NCBI GenBank assembly: GCA_946965045.2
Contig: OX337240.1
Span: 1,054,001-1,118,000 of the forward strand
Length of the DNA: 64,000 bases
Direction of reading: 5' to 3'
Origin: Epithemia pelagica
Lineage: Eukaryota; Protista; Bacillariophyta
A program made the translations under genes and the position numbers. How positions within the stretch are numbered: position 1 is the first letter of the stretch; every line of letters starts with the position of its first letter. The notes beneath the pieces were generated by a model that was given only the letters and a program-made list of their open reading frames with translations, had not been told where the DNA came from and made no database searches. This document shows positions 59,349 to 64,000 of the stretch, one piece after another.

Positions 59349-61130
59349 ATGATACTTCCATCATTCGCATTGCTGTTGGCCGTGTTGCCATGGACGGTGC
59401 ATGCCTGGACGACGACAAGTCCAGGAATGGGACGGTCGTCCTCCCTGTCATTGTCGTCATCATCAACTTCTGCTTCATCCTCCAGTACTACTCTTGTGCG
59501 ATTGGAGGCCACGGCCAAGTCGGCACCATCAACGACAACCACACACTATTATTCGACCCTGTTGGATGGACCCTGTTGGACCTCGTTGCAAGCTCGGTGG
59601 GCGTCTACCAACAACAATAACGACCCAAAAAAGAAGAACCAACAGGCTTCCAAGGTGGGCCAGTTGCAACTGGTGACGGGCCTTTTATCCGACGATGGAA
59701 CGCGAGTCATTGGAATGCCCGTTCCCAAAGAGGAGAACGACCACAATGACCATGACGTGGGAGTGTCTTTGCAATCGGGAGAAGTCTTGCAGGCAGATTC
59801 CGTGGCCCGTCTGCCGTCCCAGTTGTCCGCGGATCAAGCGGCCGTCACGTATGCTCATGTATTGACTCATGTGCATTCGGTTCTGTCGGTCGTGGAGGGT
59901 GTGGGAGGGAGTCCCAGCAGCACGGTGGCAACACCTCCTCGTCATGTTGTGATTGTGGGGGGCAATGTCGATGCCATTCACGCCGCACAAGCCTTGCACA
60001 GGTTGGGTTCGGATGTGACGGTCGTTTCGACCACATCGCCCAAAGTGCAACCCCTCTCTTCCACCACCGACAACAACAACAACAACAAGGCCACACTGAC
60101 GGTCACCGATCCTTCCATGGGAGATGTGGGATTTGCCCAAGCCCTGGGAACCTTTGATGCCCTGTTGGATACTCTGGGCAATGAACAGGGATCCTTGGAT
60201 CCTACTTCCTCCTCGGTTGTGGCCTTGTTGAAGGAACGTCATGGCTGTGCCACGTACATTTCCACTTGTACCCACGCCCAAGAATTGATGGCCAAAGAGG
60301 GTGTCTTGTGGGGACCGGGCAAGGTCAAACACTATCATTCGCAATTGCTATCGTCCACCACCACCACGATGGTCGCGCCTCCTCCTCACATTGGTGCCAC
60401 GGTGCAAACCTTGTTGCAAGCCGGTCTTGTGTGGACCGCCCAGAATTCCGCCAAACAACGACAAGAACAACCATCCACGCCCCAGGTTCGTTCGTGGGAT
60501 TTGGCACGGTACATGGAAACCACCTTGTGGCCCAGTGACAATCGAGGAACGGCCACCACACGCTATGGCTTTCCCGTCCCGGGCACCACCAGTTTTGATG
60601 ATAATGACGAGGATGAGGATGACGACGAGGAAATGATTTTGGAACCACCCTTGACGGCGGGTCGCATCTCGACTACCACATCCGATAACGACCGCACCAG
60701 CAGCACGAGTGGTACCACGATTGTGTCCAAATCCCCCTACATTCGTCGCATGGATACGGTACGGGAATTGCAACGCATTGAGGAGGAACAATTGGATTGT
60801 GTCTTGTTTTTGTCGGCCAAATTTTGTCGCGCTTGCAAAAAAGTGCAACTGCCCTACAATACCATGGCTCGACGACGACACAATCAAGAGGCGTCTTCCC
60901 AGGACGACGACAACAACAAAACGTCCCTCGTGTTTTGTCAAGCCGAAGCTTCGGGTCACGCTGGCAAACTGGTCGGTCGAGCCTTGGGCATTGATGCCGT
61001 TCCAACCTTTGTCTTGTATCGACAAGGACAACGATATGGCGATCCACTCTCCATTACGCGACTTCCTTCGAGCCAATTGGAACAAGCCCTCGAGGCACTG
61101 TTGGATGGAAGTGAACCGCCCGCGCCGTAA
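59349..61130 (+). CDS. Plastid-targeted MDR/GroES-like dehydrogenase-fold protein fused to a C-terminal thioredoxin
   Basis: Leader MILPS..TVHA-W. HVVIVGG..AAQALHRLGSDVTVVS and FDALLDTLG. C-terminal LFLSAKFCRACKKV and GIDAVPTFVLYRQG. Confidence 0.75.
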   Translation: MILPSFALLLAVLPWTVHAWTTTSPGMGRSSSLSLSSSSTSASSSSTTLVRLEATAKSAPSTTTTHYYSTLLDGPCWTSLQARWASTNNNNDPKKKNQQASKVGQLQLVTGLLSDDGTRVIGMPVPKEENDHNDHDVGVSLQSGEVLQADSVARLPSQLSADQAAVTYAHVLTHVHSVLSVVEGVGGSPSSTVATPPRHVVIVGGNVDAIHAAQALHRLGSDVTVVSTTSPKVQPLSSTTDNNNNNKATLTVTDPSMGDVGFAQALGTFDALLDTLGNEQGSLDPTSSSVVALLKERHGCATYISTCTHAQELMAKEGVLWGPGKVKHYHSQLLSSTTTTMVAPPPHIGATVQTLLQAGLVWTAQNSAKQRQEQPSTPQVRSWDLARYMETTLWPSDNRGTATTRYGFPVPGTTSFDDNDEDEDDDEEMILEPPLTAGRISTTTSDNDRTSSTSGTTIVSKSPYIRRMDTVRELQRIEEEQLDCVLFLSAKFCRACKKVQLPYNTMARRRHNQEASSQDDDNNKTSLVFCQAEASGHAGKLVGRALGIDAVPTFVLYRQGQRYGDPLSITRLPSSQLEQALEALLDGSEPPAP

Positions 61131-61431
61131 CGCACGCACAATGACCAACCAACCACAACAACCCAATTCAGAGGACAAAACACAACTGCCGGGTCCTGCA
61201 GACCTCACAACTACACTGTATTATAGACAGATTCTAGCCGCAACAGCGGACCTAGTAGTAGCACGCGACAAAAAATGTCTTTTTCGTTCCTATGCATTCT
61301 ACAGGCGTGGAGACCTCCACCGGCTGGGATTTGCGCATGGAACGGATTGGACTACTAGGTAGGTTATTCCCGTTCCCAAATATTTGTGTCTACTCTCTAC
61401 GTATTCAAAGCAAGGTTCCATCCATCATTGG

Positions 61432-62925
61432 TCACGCTGATGTTTCGTACCCAAACCAGGCATGATTCTGTACCGTGGTGGCATTCAATCGCTCCTGGGG
61501 ACGGACCAACATGAAATTGAGGAGCAAATCTTGGTAACATTGACTGCCGTCTCGCTTCATGAACTGCTCCCGGTAAAAGTCCATATCGGAATACATGTCA
61601 TCACGAAATTCCTCAGCCTTGTCTTCGACAAAGGAATTGTAGATATTCGTCCAATTACGGTCAAAACCGCCCATTAACTCACAGAGCGAGGCCCCCGCCG
61701 ACCAAACATCGGCCAAGGCCGCATCAAACACTTGAGGTACGCAGACTTCGGGAGAAAAAAACCGTTTCGTTCCCCGCATAGAACCACCCTCGACTTCTAC
61801 GACCCCATTTTGACTCGCCGGGTTGTGCACACAAAGTCCAAAATCACACAATTGCACATTCTGATGGGTAATGGTTCCGGATTCTGGACGGATGAGCAGA
61901 ATATTATCTGGTTTCACATCCATGTGAGCAAAGCATTGGGAATGAACAAATTCCAATGCTTTCAGTACTCCGACCATGATTTCGCGAACGTCCCTCTCCG
62001 ACAGGATTGTACGTATGCTGTATTCATGGACATCCATCCATGCCTTTTCAAACACCATGTAAAACTTTTCTGTCGTATGAAACGTTGCCTTGAGCTTAAC
62101 AATGTTGTCATGCGAGCACAAGGTCTGAAGAGCACAAACTTCACAGTCCAGTTGTTTTATGGATTCATAATCATCGAGATGTTTTTTCAAAATTTTTTTA
62201 ATGGCAAACTCCTCGTTCGAGGAATGGGTGGTTGCAGCAAACACAAAGCCCATATGGCCATCTGCGAGTAGATCCAACAGTTGGTACCTTCCAATCGACG
62301 AATCACTTTCCGGCATGCCATCATCCATTGGACAGAGACTGGGAAACTCTGGAACGTACCAGGTTCTATGGTGAAAACAAAGCACTGCACATCGTTTGGT
62401 CAGCTGTTTATTCCGAGAATCCAAAGAGTGATTCTCCTCTTCGAGACGGTTCACCTGTTTGGCCAGTCGTTGCACTTGTGCACGAGCAAACTTGATCTGT
62501 TCCTTGGCTTGATCGTTCTTCACCTGCAGCGTATACTTTCGATCTTGTGAAACTTGATAAAGTTTGTGCATATCGGCCAACTTGTTCTTGTGACGAGAGC
62601 ATTGCGCTCTTTCTTCCGCATATCGCTCTTCCAGCATTTCGACTGTAGATTCCTGAGCACGAATCATCTCAATCAAAGTCTGACGACTTGTCTTGTGCAA
62701 GAGTTTAGTCTTGGCCTCCTGTTGGTCCAATCCAGGCTGTTCCTTCAAAGAGCGACTCTTGCGTTTCCATAGCTTCATCGGCCAAGAAGGGCGTTCTCTC
62801 TTGGGAGGTTTGTTCTGGGAGGAGGACATGGAAACGGCCTTTTCCGCTGTTGCTGTAGTGGAATCCATTGGCGCACTGGCAACCGATCCTCCAGACGACT
62901 CCTCGTCGCAAGGTTCAGGAATCAT
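61432..62925 (-). CDS. Ser/Thr protein kinase (CAMK-like) with an N-terminal coiled coil
   Basis: FAIKKI, HMDVKPDNILL, LCDFGL, SPE and DVWSAG. Confidence 0.92.
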   Translation of the reverse strand: MIPEPCDEESSGGSVASAPMDSTTATAEKAVSMSSSQNKPPKRERPSWPMKLWKRKSRSLKEQPGLDQQEAKTKLLHKTSRQTLIEMIRAQESTVEMLEERYAEERAQCSRHKNKLADMHKLYQVSQDRKYTLQVKNDQAKEQIKFARAQVQRLAKQVNRLEEENHSLDSRNKQLTKRCAVLCFHHRTWYVPEFPSLCPMDDGMPESDSSIGRYQLLDLLADGHMGFVFAATTHSSNEEFAIKKILKKHLDDYESIKQLDCEVCALQTLCSHDNIVKLKATFHTTEKFYMVFEKAWMDVHEYSIRTILSERDVREIMVGVLKALEFVHSQCFAHMDVKPDNILLIRPESGTITHQNVQLCDFGLCVHNPASQNGVVEVEGGSMRGTKRFFSPEVCVPQVFDAALADVWSAGASLCELMGGFDRNWTNIYNSFVEDKAEEFRDDMYSDMDFYREQFMKRDGSQCYQDLLLNFMLVRPQERLNATTVQNHAWFGYETSA

Positions 62926-64000
62926 GAATGTAGATGCAACAAGATGAATCGTCCGTTTCCTGTTAGTCGTTGGGTCTGTCGTCTCGTTCTCGTTGTCTTG
63001 TCCTTGCTGATTTTATGTGTGGTTGAGATAGTGTCCACAAACGACAAATGAATGGGAAAGCCCACACTGGAAATATGGCAGTACGGAGTTCCACCTGCGG
63101 TTCATTCTCCCTCGTTGGTCCTTTCTTTTTAACGAGATCGGTTCCCATTCTACTTTTTGGTCACGACACGAATGGGATGCCAAACCGTGCGATTCTGTGG
63201 GTAGAGTGCTCTCCAGTCTGCTCGTCCGACTCCAGGCAACGCCCGTCCCTCAAACAGAGGTGCAGAGCGTATGCGTCTGCGACAAAAGTTTGCCTTCGGC
63301 ATGACTCCAAGCATGGTCGCAGGAGACCAACAAAGGTGCGCTCTTCCATTGCGGATGGCATCTTGAGGACAACGGGATCCATATCCACTTCATCCAAGAC
63401 ATCAAACATGGACAGATGAGCTAGCTTTCGGATGAGCCGTCACTCACGGTGGGTCATCGTCTGACAGGAAGACAAAACAAACTCACCAAAGAGATGTGAC
63501 ACAGAGAATCTCATATCTTTAAGTATTGTACAATTTTAACAGTCAGTGACAGATTTCCGCGCGAGCAGGTTACATATCACCGGAAAATTCGGACCACAAA
63601 AGCGTTCATGTCGATGTCAATGGATCAGCAATCAGCATCCGTGCGTCTCATCCAACAAATGTGTGCTATATGGAGAATATGGACCTACCATCTACCATCG
63701 GAAAGAGACAACCTTTGTTGCCAAGGTTTCGTACGCGTAAGCGACTGCGATTCTCTTATCATGATGTTGTGCGTAGATCGATCGATGGAGAGGAAAGATG
63801 CGATACCGCAAAGACTACAAGGAGGGTGAGTGATCAGCCGTATATTAGATTCGTCACTCGATCCCCATAAGATGGCATAAGATGGCATTCTGCAAATGTA
63901 TCGATCCTCCATGCCTCTACTCGTAGACAACAATCATGTTACGGAATAAACTCCGAACAAGTCTAAAACCCAGAGTTACGGCACAGACAAGGGATTACCC

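Noticed and set aside
54065-60344. Long ORFs antisense to the ARM, WW and MDR genes (325, 273 and 219 aa)
   Set aside because: They are shadows of GC-rich low-complexity coding sequence.
63161-63409. 82-aa minus-strand ORF
   Set aside because: It is short with no recognisable domain or splice support.

Overview
Gene-dense eukaryotic DNA with short GT-AG introns, most likely from a pennate diatom. The assignment is inference from bipartite plastid-targeting leaders, an LHC-family protein and diatom-type GPCR, ARM and low-complexity families. About 25 host genes can be supported, including TRM13, RPL19, an LHC-family protein, three GPCR-like genes, nitronate monooxygenase, a MOV10/SDE3-like helicase, BET3 and a Ser/Thr kinase. 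The main accessory feature is an ~8.4 kb minus-strand DIRS-like tyrosine-recombinase retrotransposon (~16.8-25.2 kb) with the order gag, pol, YR. Its pol carries a degenerate cytosine-C5-methyltransferase-like domain before RT, then RNase H and the DIRS NPP-type methyltransferase-like domain. This copy has two -1 frame breaks and one in-frame stop, and I could not find long terminal repeats by eye. It sits inside a cluster of GPCR-like genes, one of them pseudogenised. Other notable items are a 114-bp near-perfect palindrome with iteron-like motif arrays at 0.66-1.02 kb, a head-to-head pair of beta-barrel-like secreted paralogs, a host protein ending in an integrase-H2C2-like module and an MDR-thioredoxin fusion. 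No tRNA, rRNA or CRISPR array was seen. All family calls come from motifs recognised by eye; no searches were run.
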